DNA of 64,000 nucleotides from Eledone cirrhosa. Lineage: Eukaryota. Position 1 is the first letter of the stretch. Each line of letters starts with the position of its first letter. This document shows positions 26,701 through 40,919 of this stretch, one piece after another. The stretch spans positions 290,656,001 through 290,720,000 of the forward strand of contig OZ024740.1 of NCBI GenBank assembly GCA_964016885.1. The letters run 5' to 3'. Both the position numbers and the translations under genes were made by a program. Under the pieces are notes generated by a model that saw only the letters and a list, made by a program, of their open reading frames with translations, did not search any database and was not told the DNA's origin.

Positions 26701-29700
26701 TTTTATGGGGGGGTCCGTTTTTTATTTGGGTGCCCCGTTTTTTATTTGGGTGCCCCGTTTTTTTATGGGGGTCCGTTTTTTATTTCGGTGCCCCGTTTTT
26801 TATTTGGGTGCCTCGTTTTTTATTTGGGTGCCCCGTTTTTTTATGGGGGGGGGTCCGTTTTTTATTTGGGTGCCCCGTTTTTTATTTGGGTGCCCCGTTT
26901 TTTATTTGGGTGCCCCGTTTTTTATTTGGGTGCCCCGTTTTTTTATGGGGGGGTCCGTTTTTTATTTGGGTGTCCCGTTTTTTATTTGGGTGCCCCGTTT
27001 TTTGATGGGGGGGGTCCGTTTTTTATTTGGGTGCCCCGTTTTTTATTTGGGTGCCCCGTTTTTTTATGGGGGGTCCGTTTTTTATTTCGGTGCCCCGTTT
27101 TTTGATGGGGGGGTCCGTTTTTTATTTGGGTACCCCGTTTTTTATTTGGGTGCCCCGTTTTTTTATGGGGGGGTACGTTTTTTTTTGGATACCCCGTTTA
27201 TTATTTGGGTGCCCCGTTTTTTGATGGGGGGGGTCCGTTTATTATCTGGGTACCCCGTTTTTTATTTGGGTGCCCCGTTTTTTATTTGGGTGCTCCGTTT
27301 TTTATTTGGGTGCCCCGTTTTTTATTTGGGTGCCCCGTTTTTTTATGGGGGGGTTGGTTTTTTATTTGGGTGCCCCGTTTTTTTATGGTGGGGTCCGTTT
27401 TTTATTTGGGTGCCCCGTTTTTTATTTGGGTGCTCCGTTTTTTATTTGGGTGCTCCGTTTTTTATTTCGGTGCCCCGTTTTTTGATGGGGGGGTCCGTTT
27501 TTTATTTGGGTGCCCCGTTTTTTATTTGGGTGCCCCGTTTTTTTATGGGGGGGGTCCGTTTTTTATTTGGGTGCCCCGTTTCTTATTTGGGTGCCCCGTT
27601 TTTTATTTGGGTGCTCCGTTTTTTATTTGGGTGCCCCGTTTTTTATTTGGGTGCCCCGTTTTTTTATGGGGGGGTCCGTTTTTTATTTGGGTGCCTCGTT
27701 TTTTATTTGGGTGCCCCGTTTTTTATTTGGGTGCCCCGTTTTTTATTTGGGTGCCCCGTTTTTTTATGGGGGGGTCCGTTTTTTATTTGGGTGCCCCGTT
27801 GTTTTATTTGGGTGCCCCGTTTTTTTATGGGGGGTCCGTTTTTTATTTCGGTGCCCCGTTTTTTTATGGGGGGGGGGTCCGTTTTTTATTTGGGTGCCCC
27901 GTTTTTTATTTGGGTGCCCTGTTCTTTATTTGGGTGCCCCGTTTTTTATTTGGGTGCCCCGTTTTTTATGGGGGGGGTCCGTTTTTCATCTGGGTACCCC
28001 GTTTTTTATTTGGGTACCCCGTTTTTTATTTGGGTGCCCCGTTTTTTTATGGGGGTGTCCGTTTTTTATCTGGGTACCCCGTTTTTTATTTGGGTACCCC
28101 GTTTTTTATTTGGGTGCCCCGTTTTTTATTTGGGTGCCCCGTTTTTTTATGGGGGGGGGCCGTTTATTATTTGGGTGCCCCGTTTTTTATTTGGGTGCCC
28201 CGTTTTTTTATGGGGGGGGTCCGTTTTTTATTTCGGTGCCCCGTTATTTATTTGGGTACCCCGTTGTTTATTTGGGTGCCCCGTTTTTTTATGGGGGGGT
28301 CCGTTTTTTATTTGGATACCCCGTTTTTTATTTGGGTGCCCCGTTTTTTATTTGGGTGCCCCGTTTTTTATTTGGGTACCCCGTTATTTATTTGGGTGCC
28401 CCGTTTTTTTAAGGGGGGTCCGTTTTTTATCTGGGTACCCCGTTTTTTATCTGGGTACCCCGTTTTTTATTTGGGTACCCCGTTTTTTATTTGGGTGCCC
28501 CGTTTTTTATTTGGGTGCCCCGTTTTTTATTTGGGTACCCCGTTTTTTATTTGGGTGCCCCGTTTTTTTATGGGGGGGGTCCGTTTTTTATTTGGATACC
28601 CCGTTTTTTATTTGGGTGCCCCGTTTTTTATTTGGGTGCCCCGTTTTTTATTTGGGTGCCCCGTTTTTTATTTGGGTGCCCCGTTTTTTTATGGGGGGTC
28701 CGTTTTTTATTTGGATACCCCGTTTTTTATTTGGGTGCCCCGTTTTTTATTTGGGTGCCCCGTTTTTTATTTAGGTGTCCGTTTTTTTATCTGGGTACAC
28801 CGTTTTTTATTTGGATACCCCGTTTTTTATTTGGGTGCCCCGTTTTTTATTGGGGTGCCCCGTTTTTTTTATGGGGGGGTCCGTTTTTTATTTGGGTGCC
28901 CCGTTTTTTATTTGGGTGCCCCGTTTTTTATTTGGGTGCCCCGTTTTTTATTTGGGTGCCCCGTTTTTTATGGGGGGGGGCCGTTTTTTATCTGGGTACC
29001 CCGTTTTTTATTTGGGTACCCCGTTTTTTATTTGGGTGCCCCGTTTTTTTATGGGGGGGTCCGTTTTTTATTTGGATACCCCGTTTTTTATTTGGGTGCC
29101 CCGTTTTTTATTTGGGTGCCCCGTTTTTTATTTGGGTACCCCGTTATTTATTTGGGTGCCCCGTTTTTTTAAGGGGGGGTTCGTTTTTTATATGGGGGGG
29201 TCCGTTTTTTATTTGGGTGCCCCGTTTTTTATTTGGGTGCCCCGTTTTTTATTTGGGTGCCCCGTTTTTTATTTGGGTACCCCGTTTTTTATTTGGGTGC
29301 CCCATTTTTTATTTGGGTGCCCCGTTTTTTATTTGGGTGCCCCGTTTTTTTTATGGGGGGTCCGTTTTTTATTTGGGTGCCCCGTTTTTTTATGGGGGGG
29401 CGTCCGTTTTTTTATTTGGATACCCCGTTTTTTTATGGGGCGGGGTCCGTTTTTTATCTGGGTTCCCCGTTTTTTATTTGGGTACCCCGTTTTTTATTTG
29501 GGTGCCCCGTTTTTTATTTAGGTGCCCCGTTTTTTATGGGGGTGTCCGTTTTTTATCTGGGTACCCCGTTTTTTATTTGGGTACCCCGTTTTTTATTTGG
29601 GTGCCCCGTTTTTTATTTGGGTGCTCCGTTTTTTATTTGGGTGCCCCGTTTTTTATTTGGGTGCCCCGTTTTTTTATGGGGGGGGGGTCCGTTTTTTATC

Positions 29701-32700
29701 TGGGTACCCCGTTTTTTATTTGGGTACCCCGTTTTTTATTTGGGTGCCCCGTTTTTTATTTGGGTGCCCCGTTTTTTATTTGGGTACCCCCTTATTTATT
29801 TGGGTGCCCCGTTTTTTTATGGGGGGGGTCCGTTTTTTATATGGGGGGGTCCGTTTTTTATTTGGGTGCCCCGTTTTTTATTTGGGTGCCCCGTTTTTTA
29901 TTTCGGTGCCCCGTTTTTTATTTGGGTACCCCGTTTTTTATTTGGGTGCCCCGTTTTTTATTTGGGTGCCCCGTTTTTTTATGGGGGGGGTCCGTTTTTT
30001 ATTTGGATACCCCGTTTTTTATTTGGGTGCCCCGTTTTTTATTTGGGTACCCCGTTATTTATTTGGGTGCCCCGTTTTTTTATGGGGGGGGTCCGTTTTT
30101 TATATGGGGGGGTCCGTTTTTTATTTGGGTGCCCCGTTTTTTATTTGGGTGCCCCGTTTTTTATTTCGGTGCCCCGTTTTTTATTTGGGTACCCCGTTTT
30201 TTATTTGGGTGCCCCGTTTTTTATTTGGGTGCCCCGTTTTTTTATGGGGGGGTCCGTTTTTTATTTGGATACCCCGTTTTTTATTTGGGTGCCCCGTTTT
30301 TTATTTGGGTGCCCCGTTTTTTATTTGGGTACCCCGTTATTTATTTGGGTGCCCCGTTTTTTTTATGGGGGGGGTCCGTTTTTTATATGGGGGGGTCCGT
30401 TTTTTATTTGGGTGCCCCGTTTTTTATTTGGGTGCCCCGTTTTTTATTTCGGTGCCCCGTTTTTTTATGGGGGGGTCCGTTTTTTATCTGGGTACCCCGT
30501 TTTTTATTTGGGTACCCCGTTTTTTATTTGGGTGCCCCGTTTTTTTATGGGGGGGGTCCGTTTTTTATTTGGATACCCCGTTTTTTATTTGGGTGCCCCG
30601 TTTTTTATTTGGGTGCCCCGTTTTTTATTTGGGTACCCCGTTTTTTATTTGGGTGCCCCTTTTTTTTTATGGGGGGGTCCGTTTTTTATTTGGGTGCCCC
30701 GTTTTTTTATGGGGGGGGTCCGTTTTTTATTTCGGTGCCCCGTTATTTATTTGGGTACCCCGTTGTTTATTTGGGTGCCCCGTTTTTTTTATGGGGGGGT
30801 CCGTTTTTTATTTGGGTGCCCCGTTTTTTTATGGGGGGGGTCCGTTTTTTATCTGGGTACCCCGTTTTTTATTTGGGTACCCCGTTTTTTATTTGGGTGC
30901 TCCGTTTTTTATTTGGGTGCCCCGTTTTTTATTTGGGTGCCCCGTTTTTTTTATGGGGGGGGGTCCGTTTTTTATCTGGGTACCCCGTTTTTTATTTGGG
31001 TGCCCCGTTTTTTATTTGGGTGCCCCGTTTTTTATGGGGGTGTCCGTTTTTTATCTGGGTACCCCGTTTTTTATTTGGGTACCCCGTTTTTTATTTGGGT
31101 GCCCCGTTTTTTATTTGGGTGCCCCGTTTTTTTATGGGGCGGGGTCCGTTTTTTATCTGGGTACCCCGTTTTTTATTTGGGTGCCCCGTTTTTTTATGGG
31201 GGGGGTCCGTTTATTATCTGGGAACCCCGTTTTTTATTTGGGTGCCCCGTTTTTTATTTGGGTGCCCCGTTTTTTATTTAGGTGCCCCGTTTTTTATGGG
31301 GGTGTCCGTTTTTTATCTGGGTACCCCGTTTTTTATTTCGGTGCACCGTTTTTTATTTGGGTGCCCCATTTTTATTTGGGTACCCCGTTTTTTAATTGGG
31401 TGCCCCGTTTTTTATGGGGGGGTCCGTTTTTTATTTGGGTGTCACGTTTTTTATTTGGGTGCACCGTTTTTTATTTGGGTACCCCGTTTTTTATTTGGGT
31501 ACCCCGTTTTTTATTTGGGTGCCCCGTTTTTTATTTGGGTGCCCCGTTTTTTATTTAGGTGTCCGTTTTTTTATCTGGGTACCCCGTTTTTTATTTGGGT
31601 ACCCCGTTTTTTATTTGGGTGCCCCGTTTTTTATTTGGGTGCCCCGTTTTTTTATGGGGGGGTCCGTTTTTTATTTGGGTGCCCCGTTTTTTTATGGGGG
31701 GGTCCGTTTTTTATTTGGGTGCCCCGTTTTTTATTTGGGTGCCCCGTTTTTTATTTGGGTGCCCCGTTTTTTTATGGGGGGGTCCGTTTTTTATTTGGGT
31801 GCCCCGTTTTTTTATGGGGGGGTCCGTTTTTTATTTGGGTGCCCCGTTTTTTATTTGGGTGCCCCGTTTTTTATTTGGGTGCCCCGTTTTTTATTTGGGT
31901 GTCCCGTTTTTTATTTGGGTGCCCCGTTTTTTATTTGGGTGCCCCGTTTTTTGATGGGGGGGTCCATTTTTTATTTGGGTGCCCCGTTTTTTATGGGGAG
32001 GTCCGTTTTTTATTTGGGTGCCCCGTTTTTTATTTGGGTGCCCCGTTTTTTATTTGGGTGCCCCGTTTTTTTATGGGGGGTCCGTTTTTTATTTGGGTGC
32101 CTCGTTTTTTATCTAGGTGCCCCGTTTTTTAGTTGGGTGCCCCGTTTTTTATTTGGGTGCCCCGTTTTTTATTTGGGTGCCCCGTTTTTTATTTGGGTGC
32201 CCCGTTTTTTTATGGGGGGTCCGTTTTTTATTTGGGTACCCCGTTTTTATTTGGGTGCCCCGTTTTTATATGGGTGCCCCGTTTTTTATTTGGGTGCCCC
32301 GTTTTTATATGGGTGCCCCGTTTTTTATTTGGGTGCCCCGTTTTTTTATGGGGGGTCCGTTTATTATTTGGGTGCCCCGTTTTTTTATGGGGGGGTCCGT
32401 TTTTTATTTGGGAACCCCATTTTTTATTTGGGTGCCCCGTTTCTTTATGGGGGGGGTCCGTTTTTTATTTGGGTGCACCGTTTTTTTATGGGTGGGTCCG
32501 TTTTTATTTCGGTGCCCCGTTTTTTTATGGGGGGTCCGTTTTTTATTTGGGTACCCCGTTTTTTATTTGGGTGCACCGTTTTTTATTTGGGTACCCCGTT
32601 TTTTATTTGTGTGCCTCGTTTTTTATTTGGGTGCCCCGTTTTTTATTTGGGTGCCCCGTTTTTTTATGGGGGGGGTCCGTTTATTATCTGGGAACCCCGT

Positions 32701-33959
32701 TTTTTATTTGGGTGCCCCGTTTTTTATTTGGGTGCCCCGTTTTTTATTTAGGTGCCCCGTTTTTTATGGGGGTGTCCGTTTTTTATCTGGGTACCCCGTT
32801 TTTTATTTGGGTGCCCTGTTTTTTTATGGGGGGGGTCCGTTTTTTATCTGGGTACCCCGTTTTTTATTTGGGTACCCCGTTTTTTATTTGTGTGCCTCGT
32901 TTTTTATTTGGGTGCCCCGTTTTTTATTTGGGTGCCCCGTTTTTTTATGGGGGGGTCCGTTTATTATCTGGGAACCCCGTTTTTTATTTGGGTGCCCCGT
33001 TTTTTATTTGGGTGCCCCGTTTTTTATTTAGGTGCCCCGTTTTTTATGGGGGTGTCCGTTTTTTATCTGGGTACCCCGTTTTTTATTTGGGTGCCCCATT
33101 TTTTATTTGGGTGCCCCGTTTTTTATTTGGGTGCCCCGTTTTTTTTATGGGGGGGTCCGTTTTTTATTTGGGTGCCCCGTTTTTTTATGGGGGGGGGTCC
33201 GTTTTTTTATTTGGATACCCCGTTTTTTATTTGGGTGCCCCGTTTTTTATTTGGGTGCCCCGTTTTTTTATGGGGGGGTCCGTTTTTTATCTGGGTACCC
33301 CGTTTTTTATTTGGGTACCCCGTGTTTTATTTGTGTGCCTCGTTTTTTATTTGGGTGCCCCGTTTTTTATTTGGGTGCCCCGTTTTTTTATGGGGGGGGT
33401 CCTTTTATTATCTGGGTACCCCGTTTTTTATTTGGGTGCCCCGTTTTTTATTTGGGTGCCCCGTTTTTTATTTGGGTGCCCCGTTTTTTTATGGGGCGGG
33501 GACCGTTTTTTATCTGGGTACCCCGTTTTTTTTATGGGGGGGTCCGTTTTTTATTTGGGTGCCCCGTTTTTTTATGGGGGGGTCCGTTTTTTTATTTGGA
33601 TACCCCGTTTTTTATTTGTGTGCCCCGTTTTTTATTTGGGTGCCCCGTTTTTTATTTGGGTGCCCCGTTTTTTTATGGGGGGGGTCCGTTTTTTATCTGC
33701 GTACCCCGTTTTTTATTTGGGTGCCCCGTTTTTTATTTGGGTGCCCCGTTTTTTATTTAGGTGCCCCGTTTTTTATGGGGGTGTCCGTTTTTTATCTGGG
33801 TACCCCGTTTTTTATTTGGGTGCCCCGTTTTTTATTTGGGTGCCCCGTTTTTTATTTGGGTGCCCCGTTTTTTTTATCTGGGTACCCCGTTTTTTATTTG
33901 GGTGCCCCGTTTTTTATTTGGGTGCCCCGTTTTTTATTTGGGTGCCCCGTTTTTTATTT

Positions 33960-36900
33960 GGGTGCCCCGTTTTTTTATGGGGCGGGGTCCGTTTTTTATC
34001 TGGGTACCCCGTTTTTTATTTGGGTACCCCGTTTTTTATTTGGGTGCCCCGTTTTTTTATGGGGGGGGTCCGTTTTTTATTTGGACACCCCGTTTTTTAT
34101 TTGGGTGCCCCGTTTTTTATTTGGGTGCCCCGTTTTTTATTTGGGTACACCGTTTTTTATTTGGGTGCCCCGTTTTTTTATGGGGGGGGTCCGTTTTTTA
34201 TATGGGGGTGCCCCGTTTTTTATTTGGGTGCCCCGTTTTTTATTTGGGTGCCCCGTTTTTTATTTGGGTACCCCGTTTTTTATTTGGGTGGCCCGTTTTT
34301 TTTATGGGGGGGTCCGTTTTTTGTTTGGGTGCCCCGTTTTTTTATGGGGGGGTCCGTTTTTTATTTGGATACACCGTTTTTTATTTTAGGGTGCCCCGTT
34401 TTTTATTTGGGTGCCCCGTTTTTTTTATGGAGGGGGTTCGTTTTTTATTTGGGTACCCCGTTTTTTATTTGGGTGCCCCGTTTTTTTATGGGGGGGTCCG
34501 TTTTTTATTTGGGTGCCCCGTTTTTTTATGGGGGGGGTCCGTTTTTTATTTGGGTGCCCCGTTTTTTATTTGGGTGCCCCGTTTTTTTATGGGGGGGGTC
34601 CGTTTTTTATTTGGTTACCCCGTTTTTTATTTGGGTACCCCGTTTTATATTTGGGTGCCCCGTTTTTTTATGGGGGGGGGGTCCGTTTTTTATTTGGGTG
34701 CCCCGTTTTTTATTTGGGTGCCCCGTTTTTTATTTGGGTACCCCGTTATTTATTTGGGTGCCCCGTTATTTATTTGGGTGCCCCGTTTTTTTAAGGGGGG
34801 GTCCGTTTTTTATATGGGGGGGTCCGTTTTTTATTTGGGTGCCCCGTTTTTTATTTGGGTGCCCCGTTTTTTATTTGGGTACCCCGTTATTTATTTGGGT
34901 GCCCCGTTCTTTATTTGGGTGCCCCGTTTTTTTATGGGGGGTCCGTTTTTTATCTGGGTACCCCGTTTTTTATTTGGGTGCCCCGTTTTTTATTTGGGTG
35001 CCCCGTTTTTTATTTAGGTGCCCCGTTTTTTATGGGGGTGTCCGTTTTTTATCTGGGTACCCCGTTTTTTTATGGGGGGGTCCGTTTTTTATTTGGATAC
35101 CCCGTTTTTTATTTGGGTGCCCCGTTTTTTATTTGGGTGCCCCGTTTTTTTTATGGAGGGGGTTCGTTTTTTATTTGGGTACCCCGTTTTTTATTTGGGT
35201 GCCCCGTTTTTTTATGGGGGGGGGTCCGTTTTTTATTTGGATACCCCGTTTTTTATTTGGGTACCCCGTTTTTTATTTGGGTGCTCCGTTTTTTTATGGG
35301 GGGGGGTCCGTTTTTTATTTGGATACCCCGTTTTTTATTTGGGTGCCCCGTTTTTTATTTGGGTGCCCCGTTTTTTATTTGGGTACCCCGTTATTTATTT
35401 GGGTGCCCCGTTTTTTTAAGGGGGGGGGGCCGTTTTTTATATGGGTGGGTCCGTTTTTTATTTGGGTGCCCCGTTTTTTATTTGGGTGCCCCGTTTTTTA
35501 TTTGGGTGCCCCGTTTTTTATTTGGGTACCACGTTTTTTATTTGGGTGCCCCATTTTTTATTTGGGTGCCCCGTTTTTTATTTTGGTGCCCCGTTTTTTT
35601 TATGGGGGGGTCCGTTTTTTATTTGGGTGCCCCGTTTTTTTATGGGGGGGGTCCGTTTTTTTATTTGGATACCCCGTTTTTTATTTGGGTGCCCCATTTT
35701 TTATTTGGGTGCCCCGTTTTTTATTTGGGTGCCCCGTTTTTTTTATGGGGGGGTCCGTTTTTTATTTGGGTGCCCCGTTTTTTTATGGGGGGGGTCCGTT
35801 TTTTTATTTGGATACCCCGTTTTTTATTTGTGTGCCCCGTTTTTTATCTGGGTACCCCGTTTTTTATTTGGGTGCCCCGTTTTTTATTTGGGTGCCCCGT
35901 TTTTTATTTAGGTGCCCCGTTTTTTATGGGGGTGTCCGTTTTTTATCTGGGTACCCCGTTTTTTATTTGGGTACCCCGTTTTTTATTTGGGTGCCCCGTT
36001 TTTTATTTGGGTGCCCCATTTTTTATTTGGGTGCCCCGTTTTTTTTATCTGGGTACCCCGTTTTTTATTTGGGTGCCCCGTTTTTTATTTGGGTGCCCCG
36101 TTTTTTATTTGGGTGTCCCGTTTTTTATTTGGGTGCCCCGTTTTTTTATGGGGCGGGGTCCGTTTTTTATCTGGGTACCCCGTTTTTTATTTGGGTGCCC
36201 CGTTTTTTATTTGGGTACCCCGTTTTTTATTTGGGTGCCCCGTTTTTTTATGGGGGGGTGTCCGTTTTTTATATGGGGGTGCCCCGTTTTTTATTTGGGT
36301 GCCCCGTTTTTTATTTGGGTGCCCCGTTTTTTATTTGGATACCCCGTTTTTTATTTGGGTGCCCCATTTTTTATTTGGGTGCCCCGTTTTTTATTTGGGT
36401 GCCCCGTTTTTTTTATGGGGGGGTCCGTTTTTTATTTGGGTGCCCCGTTTTTTTATGGGGCGGGGTCCGTTTTTTATCTGGGTACCCCGTTTTTTATTTG
36501 GGTACCCCGTTTTTTATTTGGGTGCCCCGTTTTTTTATGGGGGGGGTCCGTTTTTTATTTGGACACCCCGTTTTTTATTTGGGTGCCCCGTTTTTTATTT
36601 GGGTGCCCCGTTTTTTATTTGGGTACCCCGTTTTTTATTTGGGTGCCCCGTTTTTTTATGGGGGGGGTCCGTTTTTTATATGGGGGTGCCCCGTTTTTTA
36701 TTTGGGTGCCCCGTTTTTTATTTGGGTGCCCCGTTTTTTATTTGGGTACCCCGTTTTTTATTTGGGTGGCCCGTTTTTTTTATGGGGGGGTCCGTTTTTT
36801 GTTTGGGTGCCCCGTTTTTTTATGGGGGGGTCCGTTTTTTATTTGGATACACCGTTTTTTATTTTAGGGTGCCCCGTTTTTTATTTGGGTGCCCCGTTTT

Positions 36901-38920
36901 TTTTATGGAGGGGGTTCGTTTTTTATTTGGGTACCCCGTTTTTTATTTGGGTGCCCCGTTTTTTTATGGGGGGGTCCGTTTTTTATTTGGGTGCCCCGTT
37001 TTTTTATGGGGGGGGTCCGTTTTTTATTTGGGTGCCCCGTTTTTTATTTGGGTGCCCCGTTTTTTTATGGGGGGGATCCGTTTTTTATTTGGTTACCCCG
37101 TTTTTTATTTGGGTACCCCGTTTTATATTTGGGTGCCCCGTTTTTTTATGGGGGGGGGGTCCGTTTTTTATTTGGGTGCCCCGTTTTTTATTTGGGTGCC
37201 CCGTTTTTTATTTGGGTACCCCGTTATTTATTTGGGTGCCCCGTTATTTATTTGGGTGCCCCGTTTTTTTAAGGGGGGGTCCGTTTTTTATATGGGGGGG
37301 TCCGTTTTTTATTTGGGTGCCCCGTTTTTTATTTGGGTGCCCCGTTTTTTATTTGGGTACCCCGTTATTTATTTGGGTGCCCCGTTCTTTATTTGGGTGC
37401 CCCGTTTTTTTATGGGGGGTCCGTTTTTTATCTGGGTACCCCGTTTTTTATTTGGGTGCCCCGTTTTTTATTTGGGTGCCCCGTTTTTTATTTAGGTGCC
37501 CCGTTTTTTATGGGGGTGTCCGTTTTTTATCTGGGTACCCCGTTTTTTTATGGGGGGGTCCGTTTTTTATTTGGATACCCCGTTTTTTATTTGGGTGCCC
37601 CGTTTTTTATTTGGGTGCCCCGTTTTTTTTATGGAGGGGGTTCGTTTTTTATTTGGGTACCCCGTTTTTTATTTGGGTGCCCCGTTTTTTTATGGGGGGG
37701 GGTCCGTTTTTTATTTGGATACCCCGTTTTTTATTTGGGTACCCCGTTTTTTATTTGGGTGCTCCGTTTTTTTATGGGGGGGGGGTCCGTTTTTTATTTG
37801 GATACCCCGTTTTTTATTTGGGTGCCCCGTTTTTTATTTGGGTGCCCCGTTTTTTATTTGGGTACCCCGTTATTTATTTGGGTGCCCCGTTTTTTTAAGG
37901 GGGGGGGCCGTTTTTTATATGGGTGGGTCCGTTTTTTATTTGGGTGCCCCGTTTTTTATTTGGGTGCCCCGTTTTTTATTTGGGTGCCCCGTTTTTTATT
38001 TGGGTACCACGTTTTTTATTTGGGTGCCCCATTTTTTATTTGGGTGCCCCGTTTTTTATTTTGGTGCCCCGTTTTTTTTATGGGGGGGTCCGTTTTTTAT
38101 TTGGGTGCCCCGTTTTTTTATGGGGGGGGTCCGTTTTTTTATTTGGATACCCCGTTTTTTATTTGGGTGCCCCATTTTTTATTTGGGTGCCCCGTTTTTT
38201 ATTTGGGTGCCCCGTTTTTTTTATGGGGGGGTCCGTTTTTTATTTGGGTGCCCCGTTTTTTTATGGGGGGGGTCCGTTTTTTTATTTGGATACCCCGTTT
38301 TTTATTTGTGTGCCCCGTTTTTTATCTGGGTACCCCGTTTTTTATTTGGGTGCCCCGTTTTTTATTTGGGTGCCCCGTTTTTTATTTAGGTGCCCCGTTT
38401 TTTATGGGGGTGTCCGTTTTTTATCTGGGTACCCCGTTTTTTATTTGGGTACCCCGTTTTTTATTTGGGTGCCCCGTTTTTTATTTGGGTGCCCCATTTT
38501 TTATTTGGGTGCCCCGTTTTTTTTATCTGGGTACCCCGTTTTTTATTTGGGTGCCCCGTTTTTTATTTGGGTGCCCCGTTTTTTATTTGGGTGTCCCGTT
38601 TTTTATTTGGGTGCCCCGTTTTTTTATGGGGCGGGGTCCGTTTTTTATCTGGGTACCCCGTTTTTTATTTGGGTGCCCCGTTTTTTATTTGGGTACCCCG
38701 TTTTTTATTTGGGTGCCCCGTTTTTTTATGGGGGGGTGTCCGTTTTTTATATGGGGGTGCCCCGTTTTTTATTTGGGTGCCCCGTTTTTTATTTGGGTGC
38801 CCCGTTTTTTATTTGGATACCCCGTTTTTTATTTGGGTGCCCCATTTTTTATTTGGGTGCCCCGTTTTTTATTTGGGTGCCCCGTTTTTTTTATGGGGGG
38901 GTCCGTTTTTTATTTGGGTG
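33960..38920. repeat. Tandem duplication, period 2478 bp (2 copies)
   Basis: GGACACCCC at 34083/36561 and ATTTTAGGG at 34383/36861. ORF pairs 34411/36889, 34855/37333, 35018/37496 and 35912/38390 are all offset by 2478. Confidence 0.94.
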
Positions 38921-40919
38921 CCCCGTTTTTTTATGGGGGGGGGGTACGTTTTTTTATTTGGATACCCCGTTTTTTATTTGTGTGCCCCGTTTTTTATTTG
39001 GGTGCCCCGTTTTTTATTTGGGTGCCCCGTTTTTTTATGGGGGGGTCCGTTTTTTATCTGGGTACCCCGTTTTTTATTTGGGTGCCCCGTTTTTTATTTG
39101 GGTGCCCCGTTTTTTATTTAGGTGCCCCGTTTTTTATGGGGGGGTCCGTTTTTTATTTGGGTGCCCCGTTTTTTTATGGGGGGGGTACGTTTTTTTATTT
39201 GGATACCCCGTTTTTTATTTGTGTGCCCCGTTTTTTATTTGGGTGCCCCGTTTTTTATTTGGGTGCCCCGTTTTTTTAAGGGGGGGTCCGTTTTTTATAT
39301 GGGGGGGTCCGTTTTTTATTTGGGTGCCCCGTTTTTTATTTGGGTGCCCCGTTTTTTATTTGGGTGCCCCGTTTTTTATTTGGGTACCACGTTTTTTATT
39401 TGGGTGCCCCATTTTTTATTTGGGTGCCCCGTTTTTTATTTGGGTGCCCCGTTTTTTTTATGGGGGGGTCCGTTTTTTATTTGGGTGCCTCGTTTTTTTA
39501 TGGGGGGGGGTCCGTTTTTTTATTTGGATACCCCGTTTTTTATTTGTGTGCCCCGTTTTTTATCTGGGTACCCCGTTTTTTATTTGGGTGCCCCGTTTTT
39601 TATTTGGGTGCCCCGTTTTTTTATGGGGCGGGGTCCGTTTTTTATCTGGGTACCCCGTTTTTTATTTGGGTGCCCCGTTTTTTATTTGGGTACCCCGTTT
39701 TTTATTTGGGTGCCCCGTTTTTTTATGGGGGGGTGTCCGTTTTTTATATGGGTGCCCCGTTTTTTATTTGGGTGCCCCGTTTTTTTATGGGGGGGTCCGT
39801 TTTTTAATTGGGTGCCCCGTTTTTTATTTGGGTGCCCCGTTTTTTATTTGGGTGCCCCGTTTTTTATGGGGGGGTCCGTTTTTTATTTGGGTGCCCCGTT
39901 TTTTATTTGGGTGCCCCGTTTTTTATTTGGGTGCCCCGTTTTTTTATTTGGGTACCCCGTTTTTTATTTGGGTGCCCCGTTTTTTTATGGGGGGGTCCGT
40001 TTTTTATTTGGGTACCCCGTTTTTTATTTGGGTGCCCCGTTTTTTATTTGGGTGCCCCGTTTTTTATTTGGGTGCCCCGTTTTTTATTTAGGTGTCCGTT
40101 TTTTTATCTGGGTACCCCGTTTTTTATTTGGGTACCCCGTTTTTTATTTGGGTGTCCCGTTTTTTATTTGGGTGCCCCGTTTTTTATTGGGGTGCCCCGT
40201 TTTTTTTATGGGGGGGTCCGTTTTTTATTTGGGTGCCCCGTTTTTTATTTGGGTGCCCCGTTTTTTATTTGGGTGCCCCGTTTTTTATTTGGGTGCCCCG
40301 TTTTTTTATGGGGGGGGGGCCGTTTTTTTATCTGGGTACCCCGTTTTTTATTTGGGTACCCCGTTTTTTATTTGGGTGCCCCGTTTTTTTATGGGGGGGT
40401 CCGTTTTTTATTTGGATACCCCGTTTTTTATTTGGGTGCCCCGTTTTTTATTTGGGTGCCCCGTTATTTATTTGGGTGCCCCGTTTTTTTAAGGGGGGGT
40501 CGTTTTTTATATGGGGGGGTCCGTTTTTTATTTGGGTGCCCCGTTTTTTATTTGGGTGCCCCGTTTTTTATTTGGGTACCCCGTTTTTTATTTGGGTGCC
40601 CCGTTTTTTTTATGGGGGGGTCCGTTTTTTATTTGGGTGCCCCGTTTTTTTATGGGGGGGGTCCGTTTTTTATTTCGGTGCCCCGTTATTTATTTGGGTA
40701 CCCCGTTGTTTATTTGGGTGCCCCGTTTTTTTATGGGGGGGTCCGTTTTTTATTTGGATACCCCGTTTTTTATTTGGGTGCCCCGTTTTTTATTTGGGTG
40801 CCCCGTTTTTTATTTGGGTACCCCGTTATTTATTTGGGTGCCCCGTTTTTTTAAGGGGGGTCCGTTTTTTATCTGGGTACCCCGTTTTTTATCTGGGTAC
40901 CCCGTTTTTTATTTGGGTA

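Larger units (their letters stand above)
8870..33150. repeat. Large tandem higher-order repeat with a ~9.6 kb ancestral unit: copy 1 ~8870-23770 (inflated by ~5.1 kb), copy 2 ~23770-33150
   Basis: Offsets are ~14885-14889 before the expansion (9682/24567, 10832/25721, 10992/25881). They fall to ~9400-9650 after it (16838/26403, 17685/27270, 18864/28491, 21892/31396, 23648/33032). Confidence 0.88.
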
